A stretch of DNA of 64,000 nucleotides from Octopus sinensis. Taxonomy: Eukaryota. Under the pieces are notes generated by a model that saw only the letters and a list, made by a program, of their open reading frames with translations, made no database searches and was not told the DNA's origin. Positions within the stretch are counted from its first letter, which is position 1. Each line of letters opens with the position of its first letter. Shown here in pieces: positions 38,055 through 49,100 of the stretch. The position numbers were made by a program, and so were the translations under genes. The stretch spans positions 169,570,001 to 169,634,000 of the forward strand of contig NC_042998.1 in the NCBI RefSeq assembly GCF_006345805.1. Direction: 5' to 3'.

Positions 38055-38920
38055 GTATCTTCTGCACGAAGGCCACCCGAACTCCCGCCTTCGTCAAGAG
38101 CAGGAATTTATTTTCTTTCTTCATTCCCCAGTCCCTTATAGTCTTAATTCGCCACCTGTCGTTATCTTAACCTACCTCCACACTCATTTATACAACACAC
38201 ACCTTCCACCTTATCCAACCGCTCCATATACACACACCAGCTGATAAGACACACACTCGCTCACATACATACATATGCATAAACACACAGAATACACACG
38301 TACACAACAGTGTCTCACACACACTTGCACTTTATGCACACGCGCACATATGTCCGACTGCCTTTTACACTGACACCTAAAAAATACGCCTCAAGAACAG
38401 ACGTACGCACACACGCTACTCGCACAAAATACACATGCACACAGTTGCTACACATATGCATTTCCACACACATATCTGATAGCTTCAGATACACATACAT
38501 TAGACAGCCTCACACACTCCCACACACATATATATACACGTCCACACACGCAGACAGACAGACACAGACAGACAGACAGAGCACACAACGCTCCGCACAC
38601 GTGCACGTACTTGTTTACTCACACATACACATCAGCTAGGTTACTGTTGTCTTCTCTGCCGCTTTTGTCTCCAACCTCTTCCTTCCGATCAATTCAACAT
38701 GTGCAGTCTAATCCAGACACGTTTTCCTTCTCTCTCCTTTTTTTCTTCTCTCCCCTTTCTCCATCTAATTTCTTTCCCCATTCCTTTCCGTCGAAGAGCG
38801 TAGGCTCGAAACGTCACATCCCCTTCCATTTTACCTGAGTGTCAATCTTATACACCTGTTTGTTGTTCCCTCACCCGTTTTGCTTTTTATTTATTTATTT
38901 TTTTACAATTTTGAACTAAT
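38055..38920 (+). mobile_element. Penelope-like element 3' fragment: GIY-YIG C-terminus, CA-rich UTR and pLTR
   Basis: ORF 38008-38244 contains LLHEGHPNSRLRQEQEFIFFLHSPVPYSLNSP, matching the 'R..E..I..L....P.GLN' end of PLE endonucleases. It is followed by about 400 bp of CA-rich DNA and a hammerhead-like motif in the same orientation. Confidence 0.65.
38784..38818 (+). ncRNA. Degenerate hammerhead motif in a PLE pLTR (U4C, A6U)
   Basis: cttt | CCGTCGA A | GAGC gtag GCTC | GAAA C G T C | acat; stems II and III are intact and stem I is decayed. Confidence 0.5.
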
Positions 38921-38926
38921 ATATAT

Positions 38927-38994
<68 letters not shown>

Positions 38995-40462
38995 ATATGG
39001 AACTTGAAGCACATATGTAATCATAAATAATGGCATGTAAATATTGAGTCGGAAAACTCTTTTGGATATAAAATATCAAAGGTAGCTTTTGACTTTTTCT
39101 TTCCAAAACGGTTTTTCAATCCAATATTTACATGCCATTATTTATGGCTTTATATGTGCTTCGAGATCCAGTTAAAAAAGAAAAGGATTATTTCACGTTC
39201 TCTCGAAGGTTTATAAATTTTTATATCAATTATATCAGCAACGCGTGTGCCTTTACAAATCTTCAAAATATTTCTATTACACACACACACACATACATAC
39301 ACACAAAAGAAAAGTAAATTCTTTAATCATATTTTAAGTGAACTATTCTTTTGTTATTTAAAGACTTAAAAATTACTGACAAATTAGTTGTTTCCTAGTC
39401 TGCATTAATTAAATTAACTAACCCTGTTATTTTGAGGCGTGGTCATAAGTTGGCTACTCAATATCCTCACAATCTAATTCCAGAAAGCAATGTGATTACT
39501 ATTTTTTAATAACATTTTGTGACTTAAAACATTTTTATATGAAAAAAAAAAAACAACCTCTAAATTAGGTTTTCGTAATATCCTTTTTCAGTTTCCCTCC
39601 TTTAGCAGTTCACCATTCCGATTTCCCCCTGCATATGATGAAAAAAAAAAGTAGTCTTGTATACATCATTTATTGCATAACATTAACAGCCTTATATTAA
39701 TTTAACACTAGCATCCTTTAAGGTCGACATTAAGGGAAATAAATCTAGCCAAAAATAACTGCAAATAATAATTATAAAGAATTATAAAGAACGGCTTCTT
39801 TATTACACTTCTAAAATTTTCCCTTGGGAATCCTGAAACTTTTGCCACTGGCCGAGGGGGAGGAGAAGGAATTTCTTCTTCTCTAAGAATTACTGATTTA
39901 AAAGCAACAAGTATGAAGAGAAGCGGGCGAATTTTGTTTCACTAAAATCAGAGGTGGTAAACTCGCTGAAATAATATTCACGGGTAGGTAAAACTTGTCA
40001 TTTGTTCTAGTTTCGTATGTTGTTTTGTTTTGTATTTTTCATTGTTTCCCTCTGAAAAAAAAATTACAATAGTAGTTAACGAACAGATGGTATTAGTAAG
40101 CTAATACTTTCCCCGCTGTCTATCTGTCTCCCACGTTCGGGAGATTGTATGGAAAGTATGGAGCAGCTTGCAGCTCGTTTTGTTTTGTTAATTATGAGAC
40201 AGAAAGGAAGAGGTAGATGGGAGTAAAGATCCCTGTAGGACTCTCACACAGAGCAGGTGGAGTTAAATTATGTCTGCTAATCTTTTGTTTGAGCAGCTAT
40301 AGAAAAACAACAATTGTTTTTGTATTGGCACGAGGCTCATTTGCGTAAATGGAGGGGAGGAAAATCGATTGACTTATAGGGCCTGGAGGGGATGGATGAG
40401 AGACAAGAACAGTGGATGGCGGACGAGATTTAAACTCATAAACGTAAAGCTCCGGATTAGAT

Positions 40463-40504
<42 letters not shown>

Positions 40505-40614
40505 CTCTTAACCCCGGTTTAAATACCATCTCCACATCAGACGGAGTGTTTGTTCCAGGTATGCAGTTCGAGAAAAGGTACGTTATTTAATCTGTTTAAA
40601 AGAGTTGGTCATTT

Positions 40615-40985
40615 ACATTTAACTGATAATCTATTTTTGTCTTGCATTAGTCGTTGTACTGCGACCAAGCTGGGGCGCCCCACTTTGTAAGGTCCAATCA
40701 AACACGTTGATCCCAGTACTTATTTCTTTTAAAGTCTGGTTACTTGTTCTATGGGTCACTTTTGCCGAACCGCAAACGAACGGGGACGTCAAGCGATAAT
40801 AGGGTGGACACACACACACACTCGACGGGCTTCTAATTTCCGTCTGCTAAATCCACTCTCAAAGTTTGTTCGGTCTAGGGGCCATATAGTAGAAAACACT
40901 TATTTCAAGGTGCCGCGCTGTAGGACTGAGCCCAAAGCTACATAGTTGGGAGCCAAGTTTCTTAACCATACAGTCTCGCCCCTAT
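40615..40985 (-). mobile_element. SINE family B, diverged
   Basis: Reverse-complement match to the B consensus. Confidence 0.8.
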
Positions 40986-41273
40986 ACTGGGGTTGAGGGC
41001 AAAATAACAAAAATAAACACAAACTCGTCGTATATGAATGACATGAGTTCGGTGGACTAGGTTTATTTTCCTTCGAGCAGCTGATTATACATTTCATTAT
41101 AGTTACGCACTTGTAACCAGGTTAAAGTTTAGTTAATAGTTAACACATAGCAAGTACGTGCCAACTGTGAATACATAGGGTGTCAACAGAATGTCTTCTT
41201 ACGCGAGATAATATCTAAAAATATTTTGACAACAAAAACATAGCTAATTTTAAATATGTATGTGTGTGTGTGT

Positions 41274-41305
<32 letters not shown>

Positions 41306-41420
41306 TGTGAGACAGAGAGACAAATTGTGTGTGCGTGTGTGTGAGACAGAGAGAGAGATTGTGTGACTGTCTTTTATACTTTTTCGGTCATTAAACTGCT
41401 GCCATGCTGGGGCACCGCCT

Positions 41421-41665
41421 TGAGCAAGACACTTTATTTCACGTTGTTCCGTTTCACTCAGCTGTAGAAATGAGTTGCGATGTCGCTGGTGCCAAGCTGT
41501 ATCGGCCATTGCCTTCCCTTGGATAACATTGGTGGCGTGGAGATGGAAGGCTGGTATGCATAGTCGACTGCTGGTCTTCCATAAACAACCTTGTCCGGAC
41601 TTGTTCCTCGGAGGGTTACTTTCTAGGTGTAATCCCATGGTCATCCCTGACCGAAGGGGTTCTTT
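41421..41665 (+). mobile_element. SINE family D lacking its tRNA head, fused to a - strand family B tail fragment (41367-41420)
   Basis: tgagcaagacactttatttcacgttg..cagctgtagaaatgagttgcg matches the reverse complement of 22814-23112. Confidence 0.85.
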
Positions 41666-41740
41666 ACCCGTACATGTATGCATCTATATATGTAAACATA
41701 TGTGTGTGTGTGTGTGTGCGCGCACATATAAATATATATA

Positions 41741-41930
41741 TATATAAATACATGTATATGCATGCATATATGTGTATATAAATACATGTATATGCATGCA
41801 TATATGTGTATATAAATACATGTATATGCATGTATATATGTGTATATAAATGCATGTATATGTATGCATATATGTGTATATAGATGCATGTATATGTAGA
41901 CATATATATGTATATATAAATGCATGCACA
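41741..41930. repeat. 34-bp minisatellite, about 5.5 units
   Basis: Unit tatataaatacatgtatatgcatgcatatatgtg, degenerating towards the right. Confidence 0.9.
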
Positions 41931-41954
41931 TATATATATATATATATATATATA

Positions 41955-42848
41955 CTAGCTGATGTATCCGGTAATTCCCGAAAATGCGGGGCTTATCCCT
42001 TGGTTCTGTTCTCATAATTGTTTTTCGCTAATCCAATAACAACAATACAAAGTATGTAGTCCCTAAAACGATTTTTGTGCATTTACAGAGAATACCGAAC
42101 TGTCTTACACAGGATCTTGTTTTTAAGAATTTCCAATAAGTTACGAATACCCAAATTGTGAAGTCAGTTAACTAATAACATGAAATTAATTACCCTATAG
42201 TAAGAATTCAAATAAAGTAGCCTCCGAAAAGGGCTTCAGTACCTTCTCAGAGTATATAGAACTGAGGAGGAAATACTAATAAGGTATGTTTGCTAAAATC
42301 GTGAAGAATATTACGTAATAACAGGCTAATCAGATATGAGATAGTAACAATTCAAAGTAAATAACTCTGAAAAAAGCTTTTGTGTGTTCGCAGAGAATAG
42401 TACTCTCAGTGGCGCTAGTGATGGTATATTCGTGAATAAGTCAATAACCAAAATAAGTGGATCTGTTGTTTAGGAAAATACTTTTTACTTGTTTAAGCGT
42501 TGTACTGGATAAATTGCAAAAAATAACTGAAATAGTTCAAATACTAAAAAATAAGCATACTCAAATTCATTTTTACGAAATAATTTATTTCCCTTGGCTA
42601 TATATAAGGATCCATTTCAGGAGCGAATGGGTCATTTCCCTTGGATGTTTCAAAATAATATATTTGTTATATGTAGTTGATATAAGAATCCCTTCGAGGG
42701 GCGCTATTATTGATTTTTTTAAACAATATAAGTATGTCACTAGTTTTCTAGACATGGATTCTTCTCACGTATCAAGTTTCATCAAAATTTATGAAACGAT
42801 ATAGGATGCTACAAACAAACACACACAGATTTCCATATGTGTAGTAGA
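41955..42848 (-). mobile_element. Non-autonomous Helitron (third family)
   Basis: The - strand begins A | TCTACTACACATATGGAAATCTGTGTGTGTTTGTTTG...TTTTGATGAAACTTGATAC and ends cgggaattaccggatacatcagCTAG | T, inserted in a (TA)n tract. Confidence 0.7.
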
Positions 42849-43370
42849 TATATATATATATGCATGTATATGTATGCATATATAAATTTACTTAGATGAT
42901 GTGTAAACTTCATGAAGGGATGGTTTCATCCAAGGAAATACTGGTTCTATACCCAGTATTTTAGGGGAAAGAATTTCCGTAAAAATAATAGGTATATACA
43001 AAAACATATAGCTTATTTTTATTTAAAAGAAAAGAAAATGGAGATTAAGAAGTTAACAATTGTTTATTATTAACAGCAAATTAGTGATCTTCACTTACAG
43101 CCATTTCAATTAATATTCAATAAATATTAAATTTGCATTTATGTGACATGAGCACAATATTATCAGTGGAAACATTTGGATGTTATATATGTGCTTATGA
43201 ATTCATTTTAGCAAACTGAATATTTATATATATATAATTTGGACAAATACGTATAAATCGATTAGTGTGTTTGAATGTTGAGTAGAGCACCGACACAGTT
43301 TAGGTTACCCGTTGTGGTACATTTCCGTTGGATCTACTTCAGGAAATTCACAGTGGCAGTTAGGCTAATA

Positions 43371-43554
43371 GTATTAATAAATAGGAGATAGATTTCGTTC
43401 CATAACTTGATGGGCATATAACAACAAGCTAGCCGACACTAAAAATTTCTAGTGAGACATCTTTATCAATGTACCTGAAAAGACCCAGACTAATGGGTCG
43501 AAACATGTATCTAATAAAGGTCTAATATGAAATCTATCTCCTATTAATTAATAC
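43371..43554. mobile_element. 184-bp element with 28-bp inverted arms (26/28 identity) flanking a hammerhead-like core
   Basis: The arms are 43371-43398 and 43527-43554. Confidence 0.75.
43471..43510 (+). ncRNA. Degenerate hammerhead motif (G8A, stem I lost)
   Basis: CTGAAAA | GACCC agactaat GGGTC | GAAA C AT G T A; stem II has 5 perfect bp and stem III is the palindromic ACATGT. Confidence 0.5.
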
Positions 43555-43754
43555 TTTATATATATGCATGTATATATATTAATGCATATATATGTACATT
43601 ATCGTCATTATTATTTAAATTCCATGTTCAATGCTGACATAGGATACACGATTTGATAGAATCCAACGAAGTAAGAACTGAGCTGGTTAGGAGGTGAATA
43701 TGATGAATGAAGAACAAGTATTGAGGGATGATATATGCATATGTGTGTGTATGC

Positions 43755-43802
<48 letters not shown>

Positions 43803-44522
43803 CTTACGTTACATTGAGCATTCACGGGCTTTCATTGCAAACCCTGCATGAGCATCTTGCCTCTGCTGGGACCTTGGGAGTACTTACTAAAAATGTTTTT
43901 TCACACTAAGAATACAGCTGAACGAGGCCCTTAAGTTATGTCTGTTCAATATTTTCTTATACTTATTATCCCGCGTAAAATGTTCACCTCCTAATTTAAA
44001 TGCAATACGAAGCTAAAGTCAGTGACACAGAAGTGGTGTCGTTCAAGAAAAGTGGAACAACACATATACAGGTTTATGCTGGAAATAGAGAAAGTCCCTT
44101 TAGAATCCAAAAGAAGTGCAATGTTACACATTTAGTCAGCTTAAATGATTAAAAGTGGACGCAACGCCATACAAAATCAACTGTAAGTTGCAGGAACAGT
44201 AGAAAATGCGATCCGAGTGCCTTCCTATACGCAAAAAGCGAAAATTTCAGGTGTTGCCTTTATGAGCGGAAATATTTTTCCGTGATGTGATGTGGTCATG
44301 TCCGTTTTTGAACTTGAAAACGACTTACATACATGCACTCCCAGCTAATGCACTTCGCCTATGGCTAACACCAATCCATGGGAAATAATTGCTTTTCCTC
44401 ATGGAAAAAGTGTTAAAATTTTTTTACTGTGTTTCTTTTTACGAACACCGAGCTGTCCGTCTGTCTGTCTCTCTCTCACCTCTCTCTCTAGCTATCTATC
44501 TACACACACACACACACACACA

Positions 44523-44799
44523 TAATGGTCTGATCAATAAGTATCCCGACTGTTGACATAGTAACGAAGCTAAAGCACGCAGAGGAAAGCCGCTTGGTAC
44601 AAATTAACATTGAACGCAGCCGTGTGTGTGCACGAAGTTGTAACGTTCTAGCTCACTTCCGCTGTTTACAGCAGTGCTTGGAAGGAAGGTGTGTAGTGTG
44701 TGATCGTCACATTGACCACGACAGAGAAAGTTGGGCAGAGAATCTGCATCAAATTTTGCCAAAAGCTTGGTGATACCTACTCAGAGGCCTACACAAAGT
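44523..44799 (+). mobile_element. Mariner 5' fragment (TIR, 5' UTR, first codons of the transposase)
   Basis: ggtctgatcaataagtatcc TIR, then TEKVGQRICIKFCQKLGDTYSEAYTK; homologous to 45861-46128. Confidence 0.85.
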
Positions 44800-44830
44800 G
44801 AGTCGTCTAAGAGACAATAAGTCAAGTAAA

Positions 44831-44869
<39 letters not shown>

Positions 44870-45860
44870 CCAGCATATAAGAGGCTATGTGCTCCCGGCC
44901 TGAAGAGTCTAATTATATACCATAACCAGTAATAAACTTACTCGCCTATATCCGATATATATAAAAGTATAACTGGTCTATTACTCATATTGAAAGTGCT
45001 CGTTTTTTGACTTAGCTGATAATTATGTGTGTGTGTGCACACATATAGAAATATACAGGCATATATATGTGTGTGGGTGAGTGTGCATGTTCTTTATTTC
45101 TTTAAGGTCATTGCCTTGTTTGATATGTTTCACACACCTAGCATATTGCCTGTTCTCTATTTGTCATTGATGTCGTATGAATTAGAGGTTAGTCAGTCAG
45201 GAGATTTTATTCTTGTAATAATAGTTATAGCGGCAGTTATGAAGCATGTGTGTATACAACAGATGAGGGCTCTTACAATTTCTGAATTTCTGTACAAACA
45301 ATTTGTTTACAGTAATCAAATGTTTGTGCTTGTACATTAGCTCACTCTCTCCATCAAATCAGCATTGTCTGTACAGATACATGATGTCAGATGTCGAAAT
45401 GATCCCAGAGCAGCGTGAAATGAAGTGTTTTGGTTTAAGAACACCATGCACCGTTGGTCCGGGAAAATCGAATTCACGATCGAAATGTCAAAATGAAACA
45501 AACGGCACTGAATCGGTTATAAATACTGAAATAAATTACCTGGCAACAATTAGACAAATAAAACGTTTTCACAGGACTCATTAAATCAGTTAGACATTAC
45601 GATGTACAATTATTATATTTCAGGTTACGTAAAGTAATGAAACAAGAATTTAGAAAACTCAAAAGAACATGAAATAATTATTTTCTGAAATATTTCCAGA
45701 AGAATTATGTCGAACGTATTTTACACACACGCGATTAAATACATACCGATATTCAATGAGTGTTTGTTTACATTTTTACTTTGAATTATTTCGGCTTTTA
45801 GTCTGTGATGTATTAGGTAAGACATACATGCACACACATACACACGTGTGTATGTATGTA

Positions 45861-46702
45861 CATGATCTGATCAATAAATACCCGGACTGTTGCTATAATA
45901 TCGAAGTTAAGGCACGCAGAGGAAGGCCGCTTGGCACAGATTGACCTTGAACTCTGCTGTGCATGCGCACTAAGTTTTAACGGTCTAGTTCACTTCCGCT
46001 GTTTACGGCTTGGACGGAAGGTGTGTAGCTTGTGATCGTCGGATTGACCACAACAGAGAAAGTTCAGCAGAAAATCTACATCAAATTTTGCCAAAAGCTT
46101 GGCGATACCTGCTCAGAGGCCTACGCAGTTTTCAAAAAGTTTTCATAGTTCTTGACACAATCAAGATCTTGTGCAACTGAAACCCGAGTGTCCTTTTGGT
46201 CAGCCGAAAGCAGTTTTGGCCCAAATGTGGCAGACACGCGTCTCATACTCAAATTTTCAGTGATGATGGACTGAGCTGAACCGTAACTAATCTGCACGTC
46301 CTCTGGTAACTCACGGATGGTGATTTGATGATTTTCCCACACATCTGCGATATTTTTCTCAGTTCTGCTGGTTGCGGGTCTTCCAGAACGTTCGTCAGTA
46401 TCAACATTTTTTTCGGCCATTTTGGAAACGTCTGAACCACTCGTAGACTTGTGTTCAGCTCATACACTCCTCTCCATACACTTTCTGCAACTTTGCGTAG
46501 GCCTCTGAGCAACTTTCTCTGTCATGGCCAATGCAACGACCACACGCTACACACCTTCCTTCCAAACACTGCTGTAGACAGCGGAAGTGAGCCAGAACGT
46601 TAAAACTTAGTGCGCATGCACAGAAGGGTTCAAGGTCAATCTTTGCCGAGCGGCTTCATTCAGCAAGCTTTAGCCGTTCGGATACTTATTGATCAAACCT
46701 CA
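45861..46702. mobile_element. Mariner fold-back derivative built from two inward-facing 5' ends
   Basis: The left arm (+) is the 5' TIR/UTR and ORF start. The right arm (-) is a 5' TIR/UTR and the HTH region (AYAKLQKVYGEECMS*TQVYEWFRRFQNG..DERSGRP..ITIREL..LSMRRVSATFGPKLLS) ending at NFLKT. TA flanks both ends. Confidence 0.85.
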
Positions 46703-46775
46703 TATGTATGTATGTGGGTGGGTTGGTAGATATGTAGGTAGGAATGCATGCATATCACGTGCATATATATATATA

Positions 46776-46809
<34 letters not shown>

Positions 46810-46998
46810 GTGTATGTCTTTGTCACCTTTTCCCGATTGACAATCAGTGCTGGTTTGTTTGTGTTCCCGTAACTTAACAGTTCGGCAAAAGAGACCTATT
46901 AATATAAGTACCAGACTATCAAATAAGCACTTGGGGAGGGGGGCATTTGTTCGACTAAAACCCGCCAAGGCCGAAGTTCAGTGACTGAAACAAGTCAA
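46810..46998 (+). mobile_element. SINE family B, 3' part
   Basis: ggtttgtttgtgttcccgtaacttaacagttcggcaaaagagacc..gactgaaacaag. Confidence 0.8.
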
Positions 46999-47049
46999 GA
47001 CACACACACACACACATATGCATGCACATGTGCATGTTTATGTATATTG

Positions 47050-48350
47050 TATAGATAAGATAGATAACGACTTTATTGAGCTTACGATGAGGCATTTGTC
47101 ACAGCTGTCAGACAAGTCGTGTATTTGTTGATGCACTGACTACTGAAGCTGTGTTATTGTAATAAGGAAGGGAATAACTTTCAGAGGCAGGTCCCAAACA
47201 ATACAAGCGAGCCATTCATTACAACGAAGATACTAGTTAGTTGAAGAGTAGCTGGTACCTGAGCTAAATCTGATAGAGAGAAGACGAGAGAAAGAGAGTA
47301 GGTACAGTGGACAGTCAGTAATCGACTATGGGTACGTTCTCAGATTAATTTTTGTTTGTTTGTTGTTAATTACAAATCGTCATTTTTATGTACCAATCTA
47401 CAAACGCTCTATTTTAGTGACTTTTGGTAATTTTTTTTCTTTTATATTTCAAATTTTTTATTAAGGAAGTGAAATTAAAAGTATAAATAATATAGTACAG
47501 CCTTCCTTTTGCCATTTTTCTTTACTAATTATATATACTTTGTTATTGTTTAGCATCAAGTTTGTCTTTTAAAAGCTATGTTTAGTTTTCAGAAACAATG
47601 AATCATATATTCAAGAAAATTGGGTGTGATTTGAGAGTTAATTGGCTGTTAGTTCCAGAACGTCAAGCAAATATATTAAGAGCTTCCTTCTTATGTTGGT
47701 TCATACATTCACGTTAGAAATTATTGGCGGAAAAACCTTATCTCACGCTGAATTTCAAAGTTAAAATCTATCGTGATCGATGTAATCAGTGCCAGTTAGG
47801 CACTTGAGGGTATTATTTCGGTTATATTTCGGCCGAAAGAAAGAATAAAATAAATAAAATGCGACCGTGTGTGCCTAACTTAGAAATTAAGAAGTAAAAT
47901 TCATTTCATATTTTTCATGTGTAAATATTTTTTTGTGTAAATATAAGAGATTTATGCTTGCATTTCATTATGCACATACACATATACGAATATGTCTTTC
48001 TATGTATGTATCTGACATATCAATCCATTCATCTCTCTCTCTCTTTCTCTCTCACGAAAAAATACCGATTTTGTGAGCTTTTGTCTGTGTTACAATGTTT
48101 TGGATTAGATAGGATTTATTTGTGTGTGAATGTGTCGGCTTGTTTCATATGTGGTCATCCTGTAGTGATCGTGTTGTCTTTATTGCAGGTGTGTATATTG
48201 GTCAGCGCAAACGTACCTTCACTATAATTCCGTACCCACGCCGCGCATTAGAAAAATTGAGCTTTTCCATTATATAGTATTTTGTACTTGTTTGTGATTT
48301 TATTGAAGTTATCTCCTTTGCTTTTTCAATTTTAAGCACGTTCCAAAGGG
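47050..48350. promoter_or_regulatory. Candidate promoter/first-exon region (repeat-free, CpG-retaining, directly before the CpG-depleted domain)
   Basis: Unique sequence with CpG clusters (e.g. cacgccgcgc at about 48237). Possible splice donors are ATGG|gtacgt (+, 47331/47332) and GAAG|gtacgt (-, about 48216). The position at the CpG-decay boundary is the main argument. Confidence 0.3.
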
Positions 48351-49100
48351 AGATTTTATCTACTAATTGCATAGACAATTTCAGTTAATCGTTTTTCAGT
48401 TCCATAAATTTACATGTTTATGAATCTACCATGTTATGATTTATCTGTTATGAGTTTGTTTCATGATGTTAAAGCGGCAAGCTGGCAGAACCGTTAGCAA
48501 ACTGAATACTCATTCTCTGTGTATGAACTGCAATTAAGAACATTCTTTTAAACCTCTTGTAAGAAGTATAGATATCATCATCATCATCGTCTAACGTCCG
48601 TTTTCCATGCTGGCATGGAGTGGACGGTTTAACCAGGGCTGGTAAGGCCAAGAGGCACACACAGCTCCGTTGTCTGTTCTAGCATGGTTTCTATGGCTGG
48701 TTGCCCTTCTGTTGATATTTAGTCTCTCACACACACACGCACTCACTATATTCTATATATTCCTTAGTCAGACTAAAAATACATTTCTTGTTTGTCTGAG
48801 GAAGCATTTGGCTTGATTGTGCATGTTGCACTTATGAGATGCATTTATAGTTTGATGTCATATATTACCGAATATTAAAAATTATGTAACCAATGAAATA
48901 AAGGCATGCAAAGTTTCAATCCATCTACCAAATTCACTCACAATGCTTTGGTCAGCGTGGATGCTATTGTAGAAGACACTGAGACACTTGCCCAAGATGT
49001 CACACATTAGGACTGAATCATGTGGTTGGGAAACAAACTTTTCACACATACATACTTGTGTCTTATTTATGTATATACATGCATATGTGTGTGTGTATGT

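Noticed and set aside
28241-44397. A two-exon - strand gene (44329-44397 joined to 28241-28320, phase-compatible)
   Set aside because: The first acceptor is weak (GAG), the joined peptide resembles nothing I recognise, and phase compatibility arises by chance about one time in three. It needs RNA-seq junction support.
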